From Acaryochloris marina MBIC11017 (GTDB lineage: Bacteria; Cyanobacteriota; Cyanobacteriia; Thermosynechococcales; Thermosynechococcaceae), in contig NC_009927.1 in assembly GCF_000018105.1 (NCBI RefSeq), positions 324,088 through 356,087 on the forward strand: a stretch of DNA of 32,000 bases, given 5' to 3'. Below the pieces are notes generated by a model. The model ran no database searches. It was given only the letters and a program-made list of their open reading frames with translations, and was not told where the DNA came from. Position 1 is the stretch's first letter; every line of letters begins with the position of its first letter. Below, piece by piece: positions 1-9,272 of the stretch. The translations under genes were made by a program, and so were the position numbers.

Positions 1-1000
1 TTCTTAAGTGCACTGAGTAATATTCAGGCGCATGATCAATTAGACTGAATTTAATATCATTAAAATTTTTTGAAATGATACTTGCTGTTGACTCAAAAAT
101 ATTCTGGGAAGAATTAATCAAAATATCATTATAATCTACTTTTTTACTCGGGTAAGTAGAAATATTGGTATTCTTATCAATATGTTTTAATTCTCCTACA
201 TGTTGATATAACTCTGGAAGTTGAAAAGAAGATAAAGGGGAATTAAACCGAGGGAAAGGAATATTCGGAAATGGTGTTTCGACAAGTTCTACTGATATAA
301 TTAAATCAGATAGAGGAAACTTTGTAATTGCATCATTATTATTAACAAATCTGAATATCTTTCCTTCTAGTTTTTTGTCAATACTATCAACAAATTCTGA
401 GTTTCCTACTTTTGGGCAACCATAAGTGTAGATTCCTTGTGCTTTACCGAATCTGCTAGCGGCAAGAATAGCAAGAGCACCTCCTAGACTATGTCCAGTG
501 AACCATAAGTACATTTCTTGGTTTGTATCAATGAGCTCTTGGAGATATCCTTTTAAGTTTGGACCTTTCTCCCAAATCTCATCCAGAGCAGCTTTAAAAC
601 CCTCATGAGTTTTACCTATTATGGAAGAATCAACCAGCTTTAATCGAGCATCGATGAGGACATCTTGGACAAAATTTGATCTCTTTATCTCAGTACCACG
701 AAAAGAGATAATAGAGAACTTGTCATTACTAGCTACATAGCATTGAGTGCTACTACCTGAGAAGAGTTTAGCCTTATTAAGACCAATCTTTTTGAAATGT
801 TGCTCACACACAGGTTCATTTTCTATATATGCTAAAAAAGCGCTATCTGCTAAACGCCAAGCATTAACTAATTGATATTCATTGCTATCATACTTAAAAT
901 GGTGAGTATCACCTTCTTCAAAATAATTGTATTCATGATTAGGTGGAATTAATCTATTGAGATTTTGAATAGAACCTGAAGGTGGTTGTACTATTTCCAT
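1..1000 (-). CDS. Class-3 lipase / alpha-beta hydrolase (GHSLGG); the C-terminus runs off the left window edge
   Basis: Absent from the supplied ORF track because it is open at the window edge. My translation from the ATG (reverse complement of 998-1000) reads MEIVQPPSGSIQNL...KFSIISFRGTE...EMYLWFTGHSLGGALAILAASRFG...FRFVNNNDAITKFP...HAPEYYSVHLR, with no stop before nt 1. The nucleophile elbow GHSLGG is encoded at 479-496. The FRGT and NNNDxI blocks fit the Lipase_3 pattern. The gene is very AT-rich compared with its neighbours. Confidence 0.8.
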   Translation of the reverse strand, partial: MEIVQPPSGSIQNLNRLIPPNHEYNYFEEGDTHHFKYDSNEYQLVNAWRLADSAFLAYIENEPVCEQHFKKIGLNKAKLFSGSSTQCYVASNDKFSIISFRGTEIKRSNFVQDVLIDARLKLVDSSIIGKTHEGFKAALDEIWEKGPNLKGYLQELIDTNQEMYLWFTGHSLGGALAILAASRFGKAQGIYTYGCPKVGNSEFVDSIDKKLEGKIFRFVNNNDAITKFPLSDLIISVELVETPFPNIPFPRFNSPLSSFQLPELYQHVGELKHIDKNTNISTYPSKKVDYNDILINSSQNIFESTASIISKNFNDIKFSLIDHAPEYYSVHLR

Positions 1001-1502
1001 AGCTGAATATTGAAGTTTAAAGCTTATTAATAAATTGAATTAATGCTTTTTTTTGAAAAGATGATTTAACTTTAACATCTCTGTAAGTAATAAAAGGATT
1101 TTGGAAGTACTTTTTACATCTGTTCATAACAATCATATTACCAGTTAGAAAAGCTGATTAATTAAAACAAAGACTTATTCGTAAATTTATGGAAAGAAAT
1201 GAATAAAATATTAGCTATGTTGATGCTATTTAATTATCTTGACTATTTTTCAGCTTTATACTTTCCTTTTAGAAGTTTTTGATATCTAGTTTAATCTGAC
1301 ATTTAAGTGTAAATATTAAAATTTTTATATGTTTGCGTAAAATCTTTTAAGTTACCAGATAACTTACAGGCTATGTGAGACTTTTTTTGAGGGATTCAAT
1401 AAACCTTACAAATCAGATAAAAGCTATTGGGTGTTGAACATTCAGATGTTGCTCAAAGTCTTTGTAACCTGGCAAAATACTGCATAAGTTAAGGTCAGTA
1501 TG

Positions 1503-1704
1503 TGGCCCAATTAAAAGGTAGCTGATACCAGGTGCAATCAAGCACTTTTAGGGGCCTGAAACGACGTAAAAACGTTCAGATTAGAAATCACTCAATTACT
1601 GAAAGTTAAAGGATGTCGAGAAATATAAAGTCTTGAAATCCTTGATCTATATAGCTTTCAGTCTTTATTGCACCTGGAGTCATCGACCCCTCAATTGGGC
1701 CAAG
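1503..1704. repeat. ~200-bp element bounded by 36-nt imperfect inverted repeats (MITE-like, or a long hairpin) just downstream of the DyP gene
   Basis: The left arm (1503-1538, tggcccaattaaaaggtagctgataccaggtgcaat) matches the reverse complement of the right arm (1669-1704, tggcccaattgaggggtcgatgactccaggtgcaat) at 29 of 36 positions by hand count. The first 10 and last 11 nt are perfect. An inner actgaaag/ctttcagt inverted pair is also present. I saw no clear target-site duplication. Confidence 0.4.
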
Positions 1705-1734
1705 ACGTGGTTCTTTCTTATTCCTCTAAGGAAA

Positions 1735-3420
1735 CTATTTTGCCAGTATGTCATTCAATGCTGAAATCGCAGGCGCAAACAAATACTCTCCACCAGTCGG
1801 CACAACAAAATCTTGTTGGGTTTTAATTTCAGTCGTCTGGTGTTCACCGGGGAACTCGATATGCCGTTCTCTATTCCCTGTCGATCCGTTCTGGCCTATG
1901 ACCATGTCGTGCCCACCTTGATTTGGCTGAATTGCTGAGTTCGCCCAACGTCGTTGTAAAAACTCAAACTGATCTTCAATACTTGAGTTATAACAAACAA
2001 ACATTAAACCTCTGTCTAGCAGTAAGTCCTCATCGCTTAAATCTGGATTGCCAGCGATCGCTGGTCCATAAGGTATGCCGCGGCGCAAGATCATTCTAGC
2101 TAAGTTATCTTCTGGCTTTCCTAAATCGGTAACACTTTCTCTCGGATTGACTTTTCTAATGTGCGCGAAATGAGGGCAAACTTTGGCGAGAAAATCAGCT
2201 TTCGCCTGTGGAAACGAGTCTCCTGGATAATGGCTATCACTGAACTCAATTTCGCTTGTGTTGTCGTCAAATAGAAAATGATTGTTTGCAAACGCGTTTT
2301 TACCAAGCTCAGGCAATTCACTGTTAGGGCTTCGCATCAATGGAGCACCACTAGGCCAGCGACCAACCAAACGAGAGGCAAACTCTATTACGTCAATGTT
2401 TAATGATTCCGCAGTGCTACTAACAAACCCCCAAAACGCGGACACATCTTGATGTAAGCGTCTTACTACCACGTAAGAGCCAAGCTTTGCCCAGCCGGGA
2501 ATATTTGTCTGGATTCGCCCTTTAAGATATAAGTGTTCAGTGCTTTGACGTGGCTCTCCTAAAAGAAACTGACCTGGCCAAACCAATAACTGCCCTGGCT
2601 TGGCAAAATAATCTTTGCGTTCGTCGGTACCAGCCACATAACGTGGGGTGATAAAATCGCCAGGGCGTTCAGACAGTTTTCCCCGTATTCCCGGCTGCGA
2701 AATGCCATCTTTAAAGCCAAAATGTTCGTGGCCTCTAAACTTGCCTGGTAACCGCTCCCCTGGTTGTTCATATTGCAACTCGATGCCCTGATCTTGCGCA
2801 TGTTGTTTTATCAATGCCACAAATTCTTGCAACTGATCTTTGGAGTTCGCAGCGGTCGTGATCATCATGTCGATCTCATTATTGGTACCACCAAAACGCC
2901 AATTCGATTGATGGCCAGGACTAGATTCATCGCTAGGATCACCTAAGAAAGTTGACCTTTTGGCCATTCCCAAACGAAAACTGTCATCACCAAATTTATT
3001 GGCTTCTTCATCCGAGGTTAGTTTTGCTATGCCCGTGTATGAAAATGACAAATTCAACCAAGCTGACGACAAATAAGTTTCCCTTTGACCCAGTTGAGCT
3101 CGGCGTTGCCGATGTATTTTTCGAAACTTTAAAACTTCATAAGCGCTGGATATAGATACATAGGGGGAAATTAAACGCAAGAATTGTTTAGGAGAGCTGC
3201 CAACTCCAAAACTTAAAAACAAAAAGTGCTCATAATTGGTATTAAACCCGAGCAGTAAGTTTCCTTGTATATCTGACAGTGTGGCTTCGTTGTAAATAGG
3301 TTCGTCAGCCGATTGATCGTATGGACTGGGCTCAGGTTTATGCTCTAGCGGTGTATCGTCAATATTTGCTTCAATAGTTGAAAATAAGTCTTTTAGTTCC
3401 GTGAAATTAGCGTTGTCCAT
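1735..3420 (-). CDS. Dye-decolorizing (DyP-type) heme peroxidase, long form (561 aa)
   Basis: The DyP signature GxxDG lies in HFGFKDGISQPGIRG. The proximal-His block is FAHIRKVNPRE and the distal-Arg block is ILRRGIPYG. No Tat or signal peptide and no obvious encapsulin-targeting tail. A GGAGAA Shine-Dalgarno (SD) lies ~9 nt upstream of the ATG. Confidence 0.9.
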   Translation of the reverse strand: MDNANFTELKDLFSTIEANIDDTPLEHKPEPSPYDQSADEPIYNEATLSDIQGNLLLGFNTNYEHFLFLSFGVGSSPKQFLRLISPYVSISSAYEVLKFRKIHRQRRAQLGQRETYLSSAWLNLSFSYTGIAKLTSDEEANKFGDDSFRLGMAKRSTFLGDPSDESSPGHQSNWRFGGTNNEIDMMITTAANSKDQLQEFVALIKQHAQDQGIELQYEQPGERLPGKFRGHEHFGFKDGISQPGIRGKLSERPGDFITPRYVAGTDERKDYFAKPGQLLVWPGQFLLGEPRQSTEHLYLKGRIQTNIPGWAKLGSYVVVRRLHQDVSAFWGFVSSTAESLNIDVIEFASRLVGRWPSGAPLMRSPNSELPELGKNAFANNHFLFDDNTSEIEFSDSHYPGDSFPQAKADFLAKVCPHFAHIRKVNPRESVTDLGKPEDNLARMILRRGIPYGPAIAGNPDLSDEDLLLDRGLMFVCYNSSIEDQFEFLQRRWANSAIQPNQGGHDMVIGQNGSTGNRERHIEFPGEHQTTEIKTQQDFVVPTGGEYLFAPAISALNDILAK

Positions 3421-3424
3421 CTTT

Positions 3425-4411
3425 TTAATTCTCCTGCCCTTTTTGGGTACCTGCTGAGCCCACTATGCCGACCGTAATGTGCTCGGCTAGCTGTGCGCCA
3501 TACTGAATTTCATGGCCGCCAATGGTCAAGTCACTTACTTGAAAACCTAAAGCTTTAGGAACGGAATACTCCAAACGCATAACCTTGCCATTGGAACCTC
3601 TCTTGGGTTGCCACCACTCAATAGGGGCAGGTGAGCCGTCCGGCTGAGCGATTCCACTGTTGTCCCAACCAAAAATATAAATGCCAATAGGTTCTTGAAG
3701 GCTGACGTATAATTTTTTGCGCAATAGCATGTGGACGTCGTAATCGACTCTTGGATCGACCGATGTCGTATATGTTGCAAAAGCTGGGTTAGCCTGATAG
3801 TTGTTGGCAGCATCAAGCGGGAACATGCTCATTTCTTCTGCCAGGCCAATAGCAGCGCCGAGAGTATTAATGTCTTGAGTGAAATGCATTATGCCGTCAG
3901 TTGTGTTCCAGCGATTTAGAATATCATAGTCGCCATTTCCATTCATTAGGTCATCTTTTTTAACTGGTTTATCTAGGGTGTCTTTATAAATTTCAACGAC
4001 TTTATCAGGATCGAATTTCCACATCTCTTCATAGTAGTTGTGCAGCTCAGTGGTAAAAGTAATCCTTGTAATGGCGTCATCGTCTTTATGGACATACCAT
4101 TCAAAATATTCGTCTTGCTCATGCCCTCTATCTTTTCGGTTCGCATTGTCTGCAGTTCTATATGCTTCCCATTTGTTGTCTCGTAAGTTTGGCAATAAGA
4201 CCCTTCTTGGAAATCCCATCCAGCTAATGGTTTTTTCTCCAATGATATCGACATCCACCTCAGCTGGATTATAAAAATGCCCCCCATTGGGGCCTGGAGT
4301 CTCTTCTGCGATAAGGCCTTTTACAAATTCATGCCATTTTTCATAGAAATCACTATCGTCATCAAAATCTTTAATAGACGCAGGTGTGTCAAATTGAGTA
4401 ATCAGAGACAT
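3425..4411 (-). CDS. Hypothetical acidic 328-aa protein, translationally coupled to the downstream DyP peroxidase
   Basis: A long ORF whose stop lies 4 nt before the DyP start codon, and the DyP SD sits inside its last codons. I recognise no family motif (it contains EQDEYFEWYV and TRITFTTELHNYY blocks). No signal peptide. Confidence 0.7.
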   Translation of the reverse strand: MSLITQFDTPASIKDFDDDSDFYEKWHEFVKGLIAEETPGPNGGHFYNPAEVDVDIIGEKTISWMGFPRRVLLPNLRDNKWEAYRTADNANRKDRGHEQDEYFEWYVHKDDDAITRITFTTELHNYYEEMWKFDPDKVVEIYKDTLDKPVKKDDLMNGNGDYDILNRWNTTDGIMHFTQDINTLGAAIGLAEEMSMFPLDAANNYQANPAFATYTTSVDPRVDYDVHMLLRKKLYVSLQEPIGIYIFGWDNSGIAQPDGSPAPIEWWQPKRGSNGKVMRLEYSVPKALGFQVSDLTIGGHEIQYGAQLAEHITVGIVGSAGTQKGQEN

Positions 4412-5017
4412 TTCACTCTCCTTAGCTGATGGAAATGAAGAATGGTATTATTTGGACGCCACTAAACATATTATCCAAAGTAAATACACATACATTGTCA
4501 AGATAGACAATCAATAAATGTTTGTGAAATATATGTTATTAAGCGAAAACATTCCCTTTATAAATTTGACTGGTTTGTAGCTCTGATACTTTCAAATCTA
4601 AATCGTTAACCAAGCTTGGAATAGAATTAAGAGCTCCATGGCATCTGTCTAGACACGAGTGATCCGTAGCGGCCTATTCTCATCTACAGGTCCTACTTTA
4701 ATCAATCTTTCTTGCCCCGTAGTTACAAAAGGATGATCCTGATCAAAAAATAAACGTGGTCCTCGATCAGAATTTGGAAAATCTTGCAATATGTTGCTTA
4801 AAGGCCTTAGCCAAAGCTCTTTCTAGCTATGGAATAAAACCCAAGTGAGTTGTGAATTAGGTGGATAATTTTCAATCGGCATTATGCTCCCGCAAGCACC
4901 CCCCAGATCAGCAGGTTCCTAGGAGTTGAGCAATGCTTCACCTAGAGATTCGAGCTGATCCCTTTACTCGATAATAGCTATCTCTATCTTCACCCAGCTG
5001 AAATCACCTGCTAAGAC

Positions 5018-8000
5018 TTAGTTTTCAACTGCCCCCAATGCCAATAGTGTGTGTTTTTGAGCTGGGGATAAACCTTTCATCTGAGTAATGTTCATGCCTG
5101 CATAGGGCTTAGTGGGTCTTAGTGTTCTTATACACTCACCAGTTTGAACATGCCAAAGTTTTATAGTTCCGTCAAAACTGCTACTAATAAGACGCTGACC
5201 ATCAGAACTAAAGGCTACTGAGGTGACACCATTTGTATGCCCCTCTAAGATTGCCAAATGCTTATGTGTTTCAACATCCCAACATCTAATCGTATGGTCT
5301 AAACTTGCAGTGGCAAGTAGTTGACCATTTGGACTAAAGGCAACATCCCAAATTTGACCTGAATGTCCTTCAAAAATACATATACAATCGTTAGTCTTAA
5401 AGTCCCAAAGTCTAGCTGTTTGATCAACACTCCCACTAGCGATAAAGTGCTCATTTGGGCTAAATGAGACGGAACTCACCCCCGATGAATGCCCTTTCAG
5501 AGTGTTTAAACACCTACCTTCTTGGATATCCCAAAGCTTAACAGTGCGATCAAAACTTCCACTCGCTAGTATTTCAGCATTCGGACTAAATGAGACAGAC
5601 CAGACCCAATGGCCATGTCCCTGAAATGTCTCCAAACATTCGCCGCTATGGATATCCCAAAGTTTGGCAGATTGATCTAACCCACTACTAGCAAGGAATT
5701 TTCCTTTCGGGTGAAATGCCAGTGACCAAATTCCATTAGAATGCCCTTTTAAGATCTTGATGCACTGCCCATTAGAAATATTCCAAAGTCTTATGGTTCG
5801 ATCACCTGTTCCACCCCCACTAGCAATGATTTGGTCATGAGGGCAATAAGCGACGGATCTGATAGCATCTGTATGCCCTGGAAAGTCTAAGCAATTGTGG
5901 TCTGAAAGTGACCAGACCCTTAGGACTTGGGCATCACCACCACTAACAAGAATCTGTTCATGTTGCTTCTCTGTTTCGGAATAGTTAAATGAACCGAAGG
6001 GAGTAGTTGCAAAAATGGCTTCAAATATGGTGAAAGTACATCCCGATAATGTTCTCAAGCATCTGCCTTTATTGTAATCCCATAGCCTAATGGAACCATC
6101 TTGGCTACTACTAGCCATAATTTTTTGAGTAGGATTTATGGCCACAGACCAAACCCAATTTGTATGCCCCAATAAAGTTTTTAAACATTTTCCAGTTCTA
6201 ATGTCCCAAATTTTTATCAGTTGATCTGCGCTACCACTAGCAAGGTAATGACCAGAGGAACATAATGCAATCGAGCGTATAGAATTTGAGTGTCCAAACA
6301 ACTTCTGTATACATTCACCACTCTGTAGATTCCATACCCTGATAATTGGATCATCGCAGGCACTCACGAGCATTTGTCCATCAGGACTGTACGCGATTGA
6401 CCAGACCCATCCAGCATGACCAGCCAATACTTTCAGGCATTGGCCGCTCTTAACCTCCCAAATCCGAATGGTTTGGTCAGCATATCCACACGCTAGTTCA
6501 TGATTATCAGGACTAAAGGCAATTGATCGGGCTGCTGCCCGGTATCTGAAGCTCTTCAAAAATTGCCCTGTTTGACTATTCCACAGCCTAACAGTGAAGT
6601 CATCACTACAACTTGCAAGGAGTGTACCGTCGGGACTGAATGCTACTTCCCAGATGAAATTAGTATGTCCCGATAAAAGTTTTAAACATTCTCCAGTACG
6701 TACGTTCCAAAGCCTAACAGTCTGGTCTGGGCCAGCACTGGCCAGCAGATGATTGGTCGGACTGAAGGCCAAAGATTTGACCCAGTTTGTATGTCCGCTA
6801 CAAGTTAAGAGGGGTTGCCCATCAGGAACTCGAAGAAGACGAATCTCGCCTTTAAAATCTCCAGCGGCAATGAGCTTGCCATCTGGGGAGAAAGCAATCG
6901 ATAGGATACCTCCAAAATCCTTGGAAAAGACTGACTGAGATAGATCTGAGTGAGTGAACTTAACCCCATGCAAGTTGAGTCCTCGTAGATCAGCTTGCCG
7001 AATTGTGAGGTGAGAAAAGTCGTAACCACAGAAATCTACAGGTAACTGTCGGAGCAAATTCAGAACATTTCCTGCGACATAACCTGCTTCTTCCGACGAT
7101 TTTCCCCGCACCACTGAAAGGAGTTGAACCAAGCAGGCTTCAAGGTGTGCTCTACTGCCTAGGACCTTTACCAGGCTAACAATTAAGGGTTGCAAGATCA
7201 GGCGAATCTGAGTGTCTTTGATATAGTCTTTCGCCTGTGCCTTTATGAGTGCATGAGTACGGAACAGATGCAATTGATTTTCCTGTCTTTCCTCATACTG
7301 TTGTTGCTCCTGAATCTCGGTACAAATTTGCTGAATGAATTTGTGGGCTGTGAACTCCATCACCACAGGTTGTTGGGTGAATCCAGTCTCAGTTTGGTCA
7401 ACCAAAGATCGACGTTGCAGCGAGGTTATCGACTGCAACAGGTCACCTGGGAGAACTTGAACCATCAAATCGAGGGCCAATTGCTCTAACTGGGCAGGCT
7501 CGCGATTAATGGTGAGCCAATACATTACAGCCTGTTCTATCTCTGATAGCCTTTCAAACTGCTTGTTGAGGAGGTCGTAGATATCCTCAAGAACGAATGG
7601 CTCCATCTGTGAGAAGCTGAGGAAACGAGAAAGACTTCCTTCAAAGCATTCTTTAATGGTTGATGACACAATTTTTAGAGCTAAGGGATTACCCGCATAG
7701 TGCTTGTTTATAGCGGACCACTCTTTTTCCGTTCCTGTGAATATGCCCTTAGTTTTAACCAAGGTCTGACAAGCATTAGTTGATAACCCTTTCAACTGCA
7801 AGCATCGAACTGGCAGGGAGTCTCCCTCCATCGCTGCAATTCCTTGTGGTTTTTCCCGAGCGGTCACCAAAACACAACTGCTGTGGGTAGCTTCTCCAAA
7901 CATTTCAAAGAGCTTGGCATAGTCTTCACAACCGGATCTATAGCGACCTGTGCGATCACCACTTTGCAATAAGGACTCTGCGTTATCTAAAATCACTAGA

Positions 8001-8824
8001 CAACGTGAGGTGCGCAGATAACTCAGAAGTAGCGAAATTTGAGATTCTATTCCCTTGGGTAAATAGTTTTCTTGTTGATTCGAGAGAAACTGGATGAGGT
8101 CAGACAAGATTTCTGTAATAGGTGGGGCACTCGCAAGACTGCGCCAAATTACAAAATCGAAGTCGTATTGGACTTTTTGAGCAAGTTGTATGGTTAGCGC
8201 TGTTTTACCCATACCTCCCATTCCGAGTACCACTATGAAACGGCAGTGTTCATCGACCAACCACTGGCTCAAAAGGGTCAGCTCAGTTTTGCGTCCATAG
8301 AACCAGGAGACATCAATAGCACTCCCCCAGTCTCGATTTCTTGTATCTAATTGGAGATCTGGATTAGCTAGGAACGAATTGACTGGTAACGCACTCGATT
8401 TCTGGTCTGTGGCCTGTTTAGACTTGAATGGCCGACGTTGCTCCCATTCCTCATCAAATTGTTTTAAATTGGCAACTTTATTGTGTCGCTTATACCAAAA
8501 GTTGAGCGTAAAATGCCATTTATTAGAGCCTTTAGGTTGAGAACGATTGTCTGTGAGAATATCTACAAACTGTTCTAGGAGTTTGAGTGATATCTTGATT
8601 TGGTCTTTACTTAGCTCTCTATTAGATGGATATTTTTTACTTAGCTCAGCTAAATCTTTAATAGTAGTTTCTACGACTAACTGTTGGTCTGTTTGCCAAT
8701 TTACCAGTATTTGAGAACGGAGTCGATCTTGTATTTCGAATTCATCATTGGCATAGGCCAGTATAACCTCTAGAAGAAATTTGGTCCTTTTTCTTGGGGT
8801 AGGGCCATAGCTTACTCTTGCCAT
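5018..8824 (-). CDS. STAND NTPase (NB-ARC/NACHT-like P-loop) with an unassigned N-terminal domain, a pentapeptide-like linker and 14 WD40 repeats
   Basis: Walker A GMGGMGKT is at aa 201-208 (nt 8201-8224). Walker B is CLVILDNAE. A helical arm follows. The stretch FSHLTIRQADLRGLNLHGVKFTHSDLSQSVF is pentapeptide-like. I counted 14 GH...WD/WN units by hand, enough for two 7-bladed propellers. Confidence 0.9.
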   Translation of the reverse strand: MARVSYGPTPRKRTKFLLEVILAYANDEFEIQDRLRSQILVNWQTDQQLVVETTIKDLAELSKKYPSNRELSKDQIKISLKLLEQFVDILTDNRSQPKGSNKWHFTLNFWYKRHNKVANLKQFDEEWEQRRPFKSKQATDQKSSALPVNSFLANPDLQLDTRNRDWGSAIDVSWFYGRKTELTLLSQWLVDEHCRFIVVLGMGGMGKTALTIQLAQKVQYDFDFVIWRSLASAPPITEILSDLIQFLSNQQENYLPKGIESQISLLLSYLRTSRCLVILDNAESLLQSGDRTGRYRSGCEDYAKLFEMFGEATHSSCVLVTAREKPQGIAAMEGDSLPVRCLQLKGLSTNACQTLVKTKGIFTGTEKEWSAINKHYAGNPLALKIVSSTIKECFEGSLSRFLSFSQMEPFVLEDIYDLLNKQFERLSEIEQAVMYWLTINREPAQLEQLALDLMVQVLPGDLLQSITSLQRRSLVDQTETGFTQQPVVMEFTAHKFIQQICTEIQEQQQYEERQENQLHLFRTHALIKAQAKDYIKDTQIRLILQPLIVSLVKVLGSRAHLEACLVQLLSVVRGKSSEEAGYVAGNVLNLLRQLPVDFCGYDFSHLTIRQADLRGLNLHGVKFTHSDLSQSVFSKDFGGILSIAFSPDGKLIAAGDFKGEIRLLRVPDGQPLLTCSGHTNWVKSLAFSPTNHLLASAGPDQTVRLWNVRTGECLKLLSGHTNFIWEVAFSPDGTLLASCSDDFTVRLWNSQTGQFLKSFRYRAAARSIAFSPDNHELACGYADQTIRIWEVKSGQCLKVLAGHAGWVWSIAYSPDGQMLVSACDDPIIRVWNLQSGECIQKLFGHSNSIRSIALCSSGHYLASGSADQLIKIWDIRTGKCLKTLLGHTNWVWSVAINPTQKIMASSSQDGSIRLWDYNKGRCLRTLSGCTFTIFEAIFATTPFGSFNYSETEKQHEQILVSGGDAQVLRVWSLSDHNCLDFPGHTDAIRSVAYCPHDQIIASGGGTGDRTIRLWNISNGQCIKILKGHSNGIWSLAFHPKGKFLASSGLDQSAKLWDIHSGECLETFQGHGHWVWSVSFSPNAEILASGSFDRTVKLWDIQEGRCLNTLKGHSSGVSSVSFSPNEHFIASGSVDQTARLWDFKTNDCICIFEGHSGQIWDVAFSPNGQLLATASLDHTIRCWDVETHKHLAILEGHTNGVTSVAFSSDGQRLISSSFDGTIKLWHVQTGECIRTLRPTKPYAGMNITQMKGLSPAQKHTLLALGAVEN
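5135..6919 (-). repeat. Array of 14 WD40 repeat units (~126-nt period) inside the STAND NTPase gene
   Basis: Recurrent GH(T/S)N.(V/I).S(V/L)AFSPDG..LAS.S.D.T(I/V)(R/K)LW(D/N) units in the translation. Coordinates are converted from aa ~636-1230. Confidence 0.85.
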
Positions 8825-8917
8825 AATTGGACCTCAAGCAAATCTATGTATTTTTTTTCTTACCTCAAGTATTTATCAGTGATTTGCACGGTATTTACGC
8901 AAGGAGTTCTAGCATCC

Positions 8918-9150
8918 TAAATAAAAAAATAGTTAGGGTATCCCTTAACTTTGATACCTACCCTTAACTTTCAAAGGCTTGATTTATAAAGGATTTAAGG
9001 TAGAAAGTTTACTTCTTGCTTGGTGTCAGTTTTCTCGCCTAGTTTGAAAGCATGAAACCTCAAAGAACTAACTGCATATCAATCAGTAGGAAGTTAAAGA
9101 TATTCTAATATATCTGAACAGCAAAGTATAAAATGCGAACTCATTAAATT
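8918..9150 (+). repeat. Copy A of a ~220-bp conserved non-coding module, upstream of ORF133 and divergent from the STAND NTPase gene
   Basis: It hand-aligns with 11043-11280 at roughly three quarters identity. Shared blocks include gttag, acctaccc(t/c)taactttcaa, taaggta, acttcttgc, ttgaaag.atgaa, aaaga.ctaact.catat, tatatctgaa and aatgc.aactc. The small ORF inside it is not conserved (18 codons in A, 3 codons in B), so the conservation is not coding. Confidence 0.65.
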
Positions 9151-9272
9151 GATAACCCATGAGCATTTTATGAGTAAAATGCTCAAAAGCTATTTCAATT
9201 CTTTTAAGTATTTTATTCTGAAATATATGCAAATACTAGCTTCAATGAGAAAAGAAAAAATGGAGAAATATA

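Noticed and set aside
1421-1489. A 23-codon TPR-like fragment (LLGVEHSDVAQSLCNLAKYCIS) bounded by stops
   Set aside because: It resembles the HPDVA.SLNNLA TPR consensus, but it is far too short to annotate. It is mentioned only as evidence of gene decay.
2121-4287. Short track ORFs nested in or antisense to the DyP and 328-aa genes (2121-2321, 2559-2801, 2764-2946, 2952-3155, 3547-3816, 3731-3919, 3973-4287, 4038-4274)
   Set aside because: All lie fully inside much longer ORFs with recognisable or coherent protein sequence, and their own sequences are low-complexity or odd. I treat them as spurious.
1-4411. Lipase + DyP + unknown protein as one oxylipin-type operon
   Set aside because: A 735-nt gap containing the inverted-repeat element and a TPR relic separates the lipase from the DyP, and the lipase has a markedly different base composition. 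Only the 328-aa/DyP pair is clearly coupled.
4640-4880. A minus-strand reading frame MPIENYPPNSQLTWVLFHS*KELWLRPLSNILQDFPNSDRGPRLFFDQDHPFVTTGQERLIKVGPVDENRPLRITRV, interrupted by one TAG
   Set aside because: It could be a decayed small gene, but I recognise no family. It is short and I cannot distinguish it from chance.
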